IMG/VR virus record: IMGVR_UViG_3300046328_001165
Location: 1-64,000 of that record
Length of the DNA stretch: 64,000 nucleotides
Source: a virus
Direction: 5' to 3' (one strand)
Below are positions 47,201-55,416 of this stretch, one piece after another. Both the position numbers and the translations under genes were made by a program. Below the pieces are notes generated by a model. The model ran no database searches, was not told the origin of the DNA, and saw nothing but the letters and a program-made list of their open reading frames with translations. Position 1 is the first letter of the stretch. Every line of letters starts with the position of its first letter.

Positions 47201-50200
47201 CCTGCCCTTAAAAATGTTTTTGAGAAGGCTTTTATTGGCGCTCCAGGCGCTTTGTTGGTCTTGTCGAGAGTCGTTGGCAAGAGCGAGATCTTTGGAAGTC
47301 TCGCCCCCCTCATTGGGGATGCATCAAAGCAGCTTGCGAAGTTTACGGGTATTGCTGGTAATGCGGAGAAGGCGAATTCCTTACTCGCCAAGAGCTTGCA
47401 ACTAGGTGGCGCAGCCGCTAGAGAGTTCGCCGTAAATAGCGTATTACTTGGCGCTGGAATTGGTATCGGGTTCATCTTCTTTGACCAGCTAATCCTAAAG
47501 AATAAGGGTCTCCAAAAAATTATTCAAGACCTAATAGGAACTATCCGTAAATTTGCGGACACGGTGGGTGCGGTTCTTGGTCCAGTGTTTAAACTGATTG
47601 GCGACACAATTTTGCCGCTGTTTACTTTTGGGGAGAATTCTAATCCTTTCCAGAAGATTGTTGGTGGATTGCTGATTGCGATCGCGGTTGTAAAACTTTT
47701 TGGTGGAACGATAACCAATGTATTTAAAACCGTAAACGTCAGTATCGGAACTCTTGGGACTGGCATTTCGGAGACTTTTACTAAAATCAAGAGGGCTAAT
47801 GACAGCCTAAAGGAAATACTGGGGCTTGCAAGCGAGGAGGGTAAAAGCAAGACTTTTACCAGCCCCGTCCTAGAGGAAGACCCAAAGAAAAGAAGGGAAG
47901 CTAGATCTGCTCTACTCAAGGAAGCTTTGGCAGCTAAGAAGCAAGAGTCGCTCGCTTTAAGTTCTGGGGAAGCTGAAGCCGCAAGGAGTAAAAAGAATTC
48001 ACTTACGCAGGTAGCGCAATCCTTGGTAACAGGGGAGGCAAAAATTTCGATCCCTTCGGCGGGGATTATAACTCAGCGGGATGTGACCCAAGCCAAACTG
48101 CGTGTATCCGAGATAACAAAAGATATCATTCGGTTCTCGAAAGAGGCTAGACAGAGCGCGACCGTAGACCCTGTGGCTTCAAGTATCGCAACAGCGAGAA
48201 GGGAGTTTGCGATCGCTCAGGCAAATGCGGTTAGAGCAGGTATAGAGAATCAGAAACTTATAGCCCCTTTAAGTCAGTTGCTGTTTGAGAAGCCCACTGC
48301 TTTACTGTTTCAGCTCGGAGCTTCTGCATCTGAAGGGTTCAGATCAAACCTTTTGAAAGCTGGAGACGCGATTAATAATTTCGCCCTGAGAGGTGGGTTC
48401 GCATTATTAGAGCTTGAAAACAAAATAAGAAGTGTCCCAAAAGTCTTTAACGACATAGCTTTGAAAGGAGGCTTTGCTCTGCTGAGCCTTGAAAACGGAT
48501 TGAGAAACATTCCAAAATCCCTTGATACTATAACCACAAAAGCTGGGTTTGCCTTGCTAAGCCTTGAAAACGGTCTTAGAAATATTCCCAAGACTTTTGA
48601 CAACATTGCTCTGCGAGGAGGGTTTGCCTTACTAGAAATAGAGAAGGGTTTAAGAAACATTCCCACGGCTTTTTCTGGGGCGATCGCCTCTGTTGATCAG
48701 AAAATCAAAAGCCTGTTTAGTGGTGGAGCAAAAAGGTTTGATTTCGGCGAGGCTCTCAGGGACTTGGATACAAGGGCAGGCAACTTTGTCGATCCTGACC
48801 GAGCAGAAAGGCTGAAAACTCTAGAAGAAATAAAATCCTTTAACGAAAAGCGCAAAGCACTCATTGCTGACGCTAAAACCATAGATGCTGGTACAGGGCT
48901 GTCTGCGGAGGGCTTTACCGCCGAGAAGATCGGGAAGGAAGTCCAAAGTGTAGATGCTAATATTCAGGCGTTAAGCGCAAAAGCTGAGCAGCTAGATATT
49001 CCCGTAAGAAAAGCGGCGAAGGGGCTTGTCAACTCCTTTAAAAACGTTATTGCAGAAATCGGTCCAACCTTACTGCTCACGGCTTTGTTCGCTGGCATTA
49101 CTACCTATATCGGTTTCATTGATGAGCAGTCAAAAATTGCCGCCGACGGCGCTGAGCGATTAGGTAACACCCTCAGAGAAAGTAAGGCGAAACTCGATAT
49201 CCTCAACAAGTCTCAGGGTAGAGATGCTTTGGGTGAACTAACAAAGCTTACTGCGGAAAGACAAAGGTATGTAGATGCTATCAAAGATCCTAAAGTACTT
49301 AATGACGACCCAACCCTAAAGCTTTACGATCGCCAAATAAAGAAACTTCAAGAACTTAGGGCATTACAAGCTAAACCTGTAAATGCCGAAGGACAAATCA
49401 GACAGGAGACAGACAAGGAATTTGAGTCCTTCGATAAGAAGTTTATCTCCTTCTTGGGTGGTCTCACTGGAACCAACGTAAAGGAATCAACCAATCAGGT
49501 AAAGATAGCCTCAGAGAATGTCAACTTAGCCCAAAGCCAAGCTGAGGGTCGTGAGCTGAGGTCTCAGCTTCGCGAACAAGCAGCTTTGCAGGAAGGGCTG
49601 ATCAAGCTTGAACAGAGAAAGAATCTGCTTCAAGGGCAAGGTGACAGCGACGGGGTGGCTCAGATAGAGATTGAAATAGAGACACAGAAAGAATCCATCG
49701 CGGTAAGAAAGAGCTTTCTTGATACGGTTATCAAGGGTGTTGAAACCAATAAGTTAGACAGCCAAAGTAAAAGAGATCTTTTGGAAGATCTAAAAAAGCT
49801 TAAAGTTGCCTACGATCCCGCTAACTTAAAAATCGCACCTATCGACCTACCTCGTATTGGTGGTGCTATTGAACAGGCTGCGTCGAGATACCAAGCTGCG
49901 GTTACGGCGCTTGCTAGATCTGCTGGAGATCCAACCCTGTTTAAGACAAAAATAACAGAGCTGCTCGAAACGGCAACCGCATTACAAGATGCAGGTATAT
50001 TGCGAGCCGATGAAGTAGCCAAAAACTTTATCGGTATCGCTGCCAACGTATCTGCTGATCGCGATCAGCAGATTAAAGCCCAGCAAGCTATCACTGAGGC
50101 TTACCAGAAAGAGTCTCAGAAGCGTATTGCTACGATCGATGCACAGCAGGCGAAGATCCAAGCTTTGCTCGCTACTGGGAAGATCTCTGAGTCTGAAGCC

Positions 50201-52999
50201 AGCTTACTAACAGGTAAGAATGAAATAGATAAAATCGACGCTCAACTTGAAGCGGAAAGGAAAGCATTTGAAGCGAGGAGGGCGATTAGAGAGCGAACTG
50301 CCAAGGATCAGCAGGAGCAAATTAGCCGCGATCGCCTTATAGCTGAGGCTCAGGTTGCTGCGGCAACTGGCGATCCTTCCAAGATTCAAGCCCTTCGAGA
50401 TCAACAGGCTCCAATACTTGATGAGAAACTATCTAAGTTAAATCAAGAGTTAAAGGCTGAGCAAGCCAAGAGAGACTCTTTGGACTCACTCAACAAGAGT
50501 GGATTGGGGACATCCGAAAGCGTCAAACAGTTTGACGCGGCTTCTACTTCCATTAGCAACCTTGAAAAGCAGATATCGGGTATTACCGAACAAAGAGGAA
50601 AAATTGACTCAGCCTTGAAGATAAGCACTGGCACTCAAAAAGAGCTGAATGATATCACAGCGCAACTAGGTGGAACCAGTAAAGCTCTTGCTAATGCTAG
50701 ATCTGAAAGGGATCGTTTCCAGAAGGCTGTTGAGAAGCCTTTGTTAAAAGCTAGATTCCTGTCTGTAGACGAAATTACGAGTGTAGGCAAAGAAGCTAGG
50801 AAGTCCGAGTTTGAGCCACCAACCGTGGAAGACACGGACAGAGTTGTAGAAAAACGCAGGGATGCTGCCGCAAAAAGGGTTGCGGAGTTAGAACTACAAG
50901 AAAGAACCCAGTCAGAACGTAAAACCCAACTCGAAGATATTGCTAAGAAGAACCCCGAAGCCGAAGCTCGTGGCAGGGCTACGATCGCCAGCCTCAAGAA
51001 GGCGGGAGATGATGCCACGGCTTTTGCTCTTGCTCAGAAAAAGGAGGAGGAGAGGAAATTTAACGAAGTCGCTCAGGTTGCGGCGGCGAACAGGGCTAAA
51101 GCTTTAGCCGAACAGGAGCTAAGAACCCTTGATGCTCGTATTAAGGAAACCCTCCAAGCCGAAAAAGTGGGTGAGACTCAGCGCCTCGCTCAGATTACTC
51201 AGCTTCGCAAATCAGGTATTAAACTTGAATCCGAAATCAAGCTTCAAGAAACCGCTGAACGCAAGCGCAGCATAGCTCTTGAGCTACAGCTTGAGCAGCA
51301 AAAGCAGAAGCAGATTGAGGATCTGGAAAAGAAGGGTATTGGCGTTAACCAAGAAACTCAGAACGCCAATCGAATCAAAGTTGCTGAACTGACCAAGACC
51401 CTCGCCGAAGCCGAACTCGCCGCGATTGAGGGGCTAGTTTCCGCAGTGCGCGATCGCCTTAATCTTGAGGCTCAAAAGTATGCAGCCACAATCGAGCAGC
51501 AAAACCTCAAGCTTGAGCGCCAAAAGCTGCTGTTTACCGCATTGGAAAAGGGACTTGAAAATCAAAGCCGTCTTTCCGAATCGACCAACAAGCTAGCTCA
51601 GTCAACGGTAGCTCTGCGCGAGTCTGAGCTTAATACCCTCAACAAGATCTTTGACCGCCAACAAGCCGCCATCCGAAAAGCGGGTGGTGAAGGTAACTTT
51701 GCCGACCTTGAACTCGAAGAGAAAAAGCTGATTCTTGCCGAAAAGTTGGCTGTACTCAAACTGAATTCCCTCAAGGAGCAGCAGAAATTTGAGGCTGAGT
51801 CCTTAGAGCGCGATATTCAGAAGCGTGATTTAGCGCTGGAACGAAAGAGGGTTGAGAATGAAATCGCGATCGAGAGGAAGAAGGTTGACATCGCGGCACA
51901 GGATGCTGTAATCAAATCTGCCGAGCTTGAGGTTAAACAGCGCCCTGAATCCGAGGAAGCCAAGTTAAAGCTAGCTCAGGCAAGGTTGGGACAAGACAAG
52001 AACCTTCTTGAACTTGGCGGTTTGCAGCAGGAAAAGGGCTTTATCGGCGACGAAGCTAGAGTCGGTGAACTTGTTAACAACAACGATCGCCGTAATCTCG
52101 CTATCAATCAAGAGGCTCAAACTAATAACGCGATCGGTGACGTTATCGGGGCAACGAGAGACCCTGCACTGCAAGAGCGGTTACAACAGGAGCAGCTTAC
52201 TCGCATATCCCAAAATACTGGGCAGGGCGCATTGACCAGTACCGATGTAAGCAATGCGGTAGCTTTGGCGAGTCAACCTATCAACATTCGTGGAGCCAGT
52301 TTCAAAAACCCTACATCTGCTTTGCTTGGACAGGTAGAGCAGGGCGGATTTACGGCGGCGAAGGTAGACAAACCAGAAAATACACCATTTGCCACCAGCT
52401 TTGAGGAGCTGGCTGCTAGGTATCCTGACAAGAGTATCGCGAGTAGCTTTGACGACTTAAATAAAAAATATCCTGTTCAGGTCAACTCTTTTGAGGAACT
52501 CAATAATAAGTTCAGTGGCAAGCCTGAGCCTGAACAGCCAATTGTTTCTTCGTTTGACAAGTTGACTACGCAGATAAACGAAGGCTTTTTCAAAGTACTG
52601 GTCGCCCCAGACATCAAGGTGAGAGACTTGACTTTGAGCTTAGAGGCTGAGTTTGAGAGGGTGTCAAAGAAAATCAGCGAGAATCCCGTCAAGCTAGAAA
52701 TCGACGAGAAGCGCTTAGAGCAGATTCGCGAAGAATACAAGAAGCCTTTAGCTGTGTTTGACGAAAGGCAGTTGGAACGGCTTGAGGGTATTGTTGGCGC
52801 TCTAGGCAAGGGCGAGGCTAATATCGCCAACTCAGGTATAGTTGGCGCTGCCGCAGGTGGAAACCTAACTATCAATGCACCAACAACAATTAATTCTCAG
52901 GGTGGTGGTGTCACGGATAGCGAAGTCAAGAAAGCTGTCAATGATTCACTAGACAGGATACTAAAGGGTGTTGGGCGCGTTACCAGCAACGTGAGGTAG
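44228..52999 (+). CDS. Tail tape measure protein (2923 aa)
   Basis: VEILIQAKDQASKTI N-terminus; A/G/L-rich helical body with a hydrophobic middle, long coiled coil and NLTINAP C-terminus. Confidence 0.92.
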   Translation: MASQQTNVVEILIQAKDQASKTIGTLSDSLGTAGAAAQFAQGKITALGGALLTTSVSGIKSLGLLGSAIQSIRSSLDTPVGQTLIQQISLAADEALGKAAKLSTLVKEVSGVSKDFGSGFASRSSSSTIQLFDPSVTGKQLENVVIKTADTFSRSLEQKVRNSDLATAFESKLGVSIDSIASQLDSSLSETLLSGFVGKTLPSALDTALGSVFGVNLTSKIVQSIQAAGKSNLLGGAVGKLAQGSVSGAARELVIGELTPNLEGAQLAGAKLSNVFGKKVAQAVLGERTPASAEFKQIDEQLGGALGDVISRLGQRFPDVLGKSDLPIGKLLATKLRGLAEVTSKNELQAAGNLFVETAFSGLRGIRKDFLGDDLNAVFDLVIAPAFDAQKENLKKLIGIDSDTFSQGFLDPLKKASKNLAKGFDDSLEAGLGALGNGGAIAEYLGDVDEFLGGGITEALSLAGNKAASSFADGFRSAIFEEITGVIDNVDAFVLGNLEQVKQIPQKLTQPVGLVSLVADPLAGATEPLELFELLEAGAGKATNAIFEVSQRLTFLSFGFQALQGFVQNGPFDLLIGQNARLQEQLLATQASLVATNKILQNGVVISDPTAAIKALGPAVEGAIAKIRKDSLELVGVTSKDLVDLFQIVAGQASNIGANLDQSANIVTSTAAALGTLGIPLFQARQEITSIVQGTIDQNSLLAKNLNLNNEMVNKWKAQGTFVDELLKRLEAFRAGNKLASQTISGITSNITELFDEIGRKAGAKFLSPIVKELDNVYQFLAANQETISAQVEQLVSTLFVAFDKIVVLFKSLGDPIAKIFGGIPAYLTGSLVGAITAFSDAIVFTVNVLKPAISVFAEVFKLIAPLGGLFITASIGAKVLSAGILGLGQGFGFLAKLLPGLGELLFLVDKRSNSLFNQFLNLTSVLGNRGAAGFLTFAANLDKIPGAAGFATKQLQGLLGSLAPLSGFLVSLAPQVGGLGIKLAGLAQAFPALKNVFEKAFIGAPGALLVLSRVVGKSEIFGSLAPLIGDASKQLAKFTGIAGNAEKANSLLAKSLQLGGAAAREFAVNSVLLGAGIGIGFIFFDQLILKNKGLQKIIQDLIGTIRKFADTVGAVLGPVFKLIGDTILPLFTFGENSNPFQKIVGGLLIAIAVVKLFGGTITNVFKTVNVSIGTLGTGISETFTKIKRANDSLKEILGLASEEGKSKTFTSPVLEEDPKKRREARSALLKEALAAKKQESLALSSGEAEAARSKKNSLTQVAQSLVTGEAKISIPSAGIITQRDVTQAKLRVSEITKDIIRFSKEARQSATVDPVASSIATARREFAIAQANAVRAGIENQKLIAPLSQLLFEKPTALLFQLGASASEGFRSNLLKAGDAINNFALRGGFALLELENKIRSVPKVFNDIALKGGFALLSLENGLRNIPKSLDTITTKAGFALLSLENGLRNIPKTFDNIALRGGFALLEIEKGLRNIPTAFSGAIASVDQKIKSLFSGGAKRFDFGEALRDLDTRAGNFVDPDRAERLKTLEEIKSFNEKRKALIADAKTIDAGTGLSAEGFTAEKIGKEVQSVDANIQALSAKAEQLDIPVRKAAKGLVNSFKNVIAEIGPTLLLTALFAGITTYIGFIDEQSKIAADGAERLGNTLRESKAKLDILNKSQGRDALGELTKLTAERQRYVDAIKDPKVLNDDPTLKLYDRQIKKLQELRALQAKPVNAEGQIRQETDKEFESFDKKFISFLGGLTGTNVKESTNQVKIASENVNLAQSQAEGRELRSQLREQAALQEGLIKLEQRKNLLQGQGDSDGVAQIEIEIETQKESIAVRKSFLDTVIKGVETNKLDSQSKRDLLEDLKKLKVAYDPANLKIAPIDLPRIGGAIEQAASRYQAAVTALARSAGDPTLFKTKITELLETATALQDAGILRADEVAKNFIGIAANVSADRDQQIKAQQAITEAYQKESQKRIATIDAQQAKIQALLATGKISESEASLLTGKNEIDKIDAQLEAERKAFEARRAIRERTAKDQQEQISRDRLIAEAQVAAATGDPSKIQALRDQQAPILDEKLSKLNQELKAEQAKRDSLDSLNKSGLGTSESVKQFDAASTSISNLEKQISGITEQRGKIDSALKISTGTQKELNDITAQLGGTSKALANARSERDRFQKAVEKPLLKARFLSVDEITSVGKEARKSEFEPPTVEDTDRVVEKRRDAAAKRVAELELQERTQSERKTQLEDIAKKNPEAEARGRATIASLKKAGDDATAFALAQKKEEERKFNEVAQVAAANRAKALAEQELRTLDARIKETLQAEKVGETQRLAQITQLRKSGIKLESEIKLQETAERKRSIALELQLEQQKQKQIEDLEKKGIGVNQETQNANRIKVAELTKTLAEAELAAIEGLVSAVRDRLNLEAQKYAATIEQQNLKLERQKLLFTALEKGLENQSRLSESTNKLAQSTVALRESELNTLNKIFDRQQAAIRKAGGEGNFADLELEEKKLILAEKLAVLKLNSLKEQQKFEAESLERDIQKRDLALERKRVENEIAIERKKVDIAAQDAVIKSAELEVKQRPESEEAKLKLAQARLGQDKNLLELGGLQQEKGFIGDEARVGELVNNNDRRNLAINQEAQTNNAIGDVIGATRDPALQERLQQEQLTRISQNTGQGALTSTDVSNAVALASQPINIRGASFKNPTSALLGQVEQGGFTAAKVDKPENTPFATSFEELAARYPDKSIASSFDDLNKKYPVQVNSFEELNNKFSGKPEPEQPIVSSFDKLTTQINEGFFKVLVAPDIKVRDLTLSLEAEFERVSKKISENPVKLEIDEKRLEQIREEYKKPLAVFDERQLERLEGIVGALGKGEANIANSGIVGAAAGGNLTINAPTTINSQGGGVTDSEVKKAVNDSLDRILKGVGRVTSNVR
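48360..48665 (+). repeat. Four tandem 75-bp (25-aa) repeats within the tape measure gene; boundaries approximate
   Basis: GGFALLxLENGLRNIPK-type unit repeated 4 times. Confidence 0.85.
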
Positions 53000-53032
53000 G
53001 GGGCGATTCCTGATTTCGCAACAATCAAACAT

Positions 53033-53074
53033 CAAAAAGGCGATTGCACCTTAAATAAAGCGATCGCCTTTTTG
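53033..53074. terminator. HIP1-containing hairpin after the tape measure gene
   Basis: CAAAAAGGCGATTGC ... GCGATCGCCTTTTTG. Confidence 0.6.
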
Positions 53075-53082
53075 GTGCGCCA

Positions 53083-54534
53083 ATGATATCCCTCCTGCAA
53101 TTCGACAACTTCGCGATCGCGCCAGATGGTATTCAGTTTGGCGAGGCGGAGTCAAGGGAATTTACCAAACAAGGCGAAACCAATCTTCAGAAGTTCAGGG
53201 CTTACCGCCCAAATATCGGAATAACCATTACTGGGGTTACGGATTCTGATGTTGTCTTTTATCAGTCCGCAGTAGAGGCGGGTTCTGATTTCCGTGAGAT
53301 CATTTCTTATGGCGGTCGCGGCTTGACGGGTTGCCGCTTAATCTCGGCAGAGGTATCAAATATATTGCAAGTTGGCGACATCCAATTAGTTGATACTCTT
53401 AGACTTCTTTACGAGAGCAATACATGGACGCATGGGGTCGCTTTTGAAAGGTTTAAGGGCTTTGTTGTTGACTTGGATGGTATTCAGTTCGGCGATGGCG
53501 ATTCAATTAGTGTTCAATACGCGGATTCGGGCGTGGTTCGTACCGCTATTGTTAAACGTCGAAAAGTGGGAATCACTTTAAAAGGTACTTCTCCATCCGA
53601 CTATCAGACATTCCTCAGCTTGCTTAACAGCGATCTGCTAAACCCCCTGACCGAGGATATTACTCTGGGTGGTATCACCTTAAACGATGCAGTATTAACG
53701 TCGGTAACGCCAACCGCATCAATTACCACAGGTTTAGGAGAGATTAGTGACTCATTGGTGCTTGAATACGAGACTAGGAATTATGATGTCCCATTCTCTC
53801 AGGGGACTTTCGATGGCTTCCCGATCGCGAATATTAATGTTAGCGCTGACACAAAGATATTTGTAATCAATCAGTCGGGTTCAGGGCGGCGAGATGTTCC
53901 GACATTTAAGCGGAAGATATCTTTCTCAGTCATTGGTACTCCAGCGGAGTATGCGGTTGGCTATATAAGCAAGGTTGAAAATGTTGCCGACGCGCTCAAT
54001 CCTGAGATTATCTCGCTGACAGTTGCGGGTTACACGATTGCTTCAGCGATTCTTGTTAATGTCACCCCGTCGGAGACTGTGGCCGTAGGTGGAAGGGAGA
54101 TACGGGCATCAACGCAGCTAGAGTTTATTAGTAGGTACTGGTCTTACGATCTGACTGGCGAAGGAGAAGCCAATTTCTTTGATGGATATGAAGTTGACTC
54201 GTTTTCGCTTAACGATGTTGACGGTCAACAGGTTTTACTTAATCGCAACGGTGTTCAGTCGCAGGTCGCCATAGCTCGCCAGTCTGCAACTATAGGGCTG
54301 GCAGGTGTTAAGGTTAGCGATGTTGTTTTGTGGAGATCCGCAGCCGCTGCATCGAGGAGAAATCTAGTTAATGGCTCTTCCCCTGACCTGAGATCTGTGG
54401 GTTTACTTGGGGTAGCACTGGATAGCTGCTACCTTATTAGCGCCGTGCCTTCGGGTAAAGAATACCTTGTTGGGACGGAGAAGCTCGTTGACTCAATAAC
54501 CCTGATCTACGAAACTCTTGAATGGAACTACTAA
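53083..54534 (+). CDS. Putative distal-tail (Dit-like) protein built of four tandem ~120-aa repeats
   Basis: Follows the tape measure; each repeat starts F[DK][NG][FY] and ends L.[YF][EI]...[WY]. Confidence 0.65.
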   Translation: MISLLQFDNFAIAPDGIQFGEAESREFTKQGETNLQKFRAYRPNIGITITGVTDSDVVFYQSAVEAGSDFREIISYGGRGLTGCRLISAEVSNILQVGDIQLVDTLRLLYESNTWTHGVAFERFKGFVVDLDGIQFGDGDSISVQYADSGVVRTAIVKRRKVGITLKGTSPSDYQTFLSLLNSDLLNPLTEDITLGGITLNDAVLTSVTPTASITTGLGEISDSLVLEYETRNYDVPFSQGTFDGFPIANINVSADTKIFVINQSGSGRRDVPTFKRKISFSVIGTPAEYAVGYISKVENVADALNPEIISLTVAGYTIASAILVNVTPSETVAVGGREIRASTQLEFISRYWSYDLTGEGEANFFDGYEVDSFSLNDVDGQQVLLNRNGVQSQVAIARQSATIGLAGVKVSDVVLWRSAAAASRRNLVNGSSPDLRSVGLLGVALDSCYLISAVPSGKEYLVGTEKLVDSITLIYETLEWNY

Positions 54535-54548
54535 ATTCAGATCGGAAT
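54535..54548 (-). repeat. Dispersed 14-bp motif, copy 5 (inverted)
   Basis: ATTCAGATCGGAAT fills the spacer between the stop at 54534 and C-ATG at 54550. Confidence 0.85.
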
Positions 54549-54549
54549 C

Positions 54550-55401
54550 ATGTTTAAGTTAACCTCCAACGATCTCCCTGCCATCGCGCTGCCTAGCCTG
54601 TCACAGCCTAGCGCTAGTTTTACACGGCTGTGGAACGGAGCATCTCGAAGCATGGCTCCAATTGCTAATTGCGACTATCTTGCCCTTTACGCAAACGCGG
54701 TTGGATTGCAGCCAGTCGTTTACCATGCGATCTCACCTATTTATTCAGGTGTTCACTACCGATACGCTTTCCCATTCACAGCCTCACTTGTATCCGTAAC
54801 GGGATCTAGCGAGGTGGAGCCAAGGTTGGCTACACCTTATTCGTTTTGGCTGAACACCGACTCAAACACCGTCCATATATATCGACCTAGAAAAGGGGAG
54901 ATCATAGAATTGGATATACTGGTGTCGGCAACCGCGATCGCTACAAACACTGCAAACGTATATCGCATTGACACATCGACATGGGGGGCTTTTACCAGCC
55001 CCGACCCGATCTCTGTGGATGGTATCCTCTTCCCCTATTCAGCCATTCTTGGGGTTGCAGGAACTTATGGTATCGAAGCTGGGGCGATATTCGTTTATTC
55101 GACCGCACCATTCCCCAATGGTGCTACATTGCTCCATCTACAGCAAGATCTGGAACTGGAGCCCGTAGCTGCGATCGCCACTTACGAACTGACCAACTTT
55201 GCGCTGGTCTGCGATTTTGCGGGACGCACATATTTTAGAGCCGCAGATTTACAATCTCCTGAAATCTACGAATTTCTTTCTGACGATGAAAGGTATGTTT
55301 CGCTGTATATGCCAATCTCGTCGCTTACAGCAATTCAGATTGAGCCGCTCAAGCCCGTGGGTGGTATACAGGCAGTGGGCAGTATTACCTACAACTCCTA
55401 A
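54550..55401 (+). CDS. Minor tail protein
   Basis: Aromatic and beta-rich; tail-tip operon. Confidence 0.6.
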   Translation: MFKLTSNDLPAIALPSLSQPSASFTRLWNGASRSMAPIANCDYLALYANAVGLQPVVYHAISPIYSGVHYRYAFPFTASLVSVTGSSEVEPRLATPYSFWLNTDSNTVHIYRPRKGEIIELDILVSATAIATNTANVYRIDTSTWGAFTSPDPISVDGILFPYSAILGVAGTYGIEAGAIFVYSTAPFPNGATLLHLQQDLELEPVAAIATYELTNFALVCDFAGRTYFRAADLQSPEIYEFLSDDERYVSLYMPISSLTAIQIEPLKPVGGIQAVGSITYNS

Positions 55402-55416
55402 TAAACACCCAAAAAT

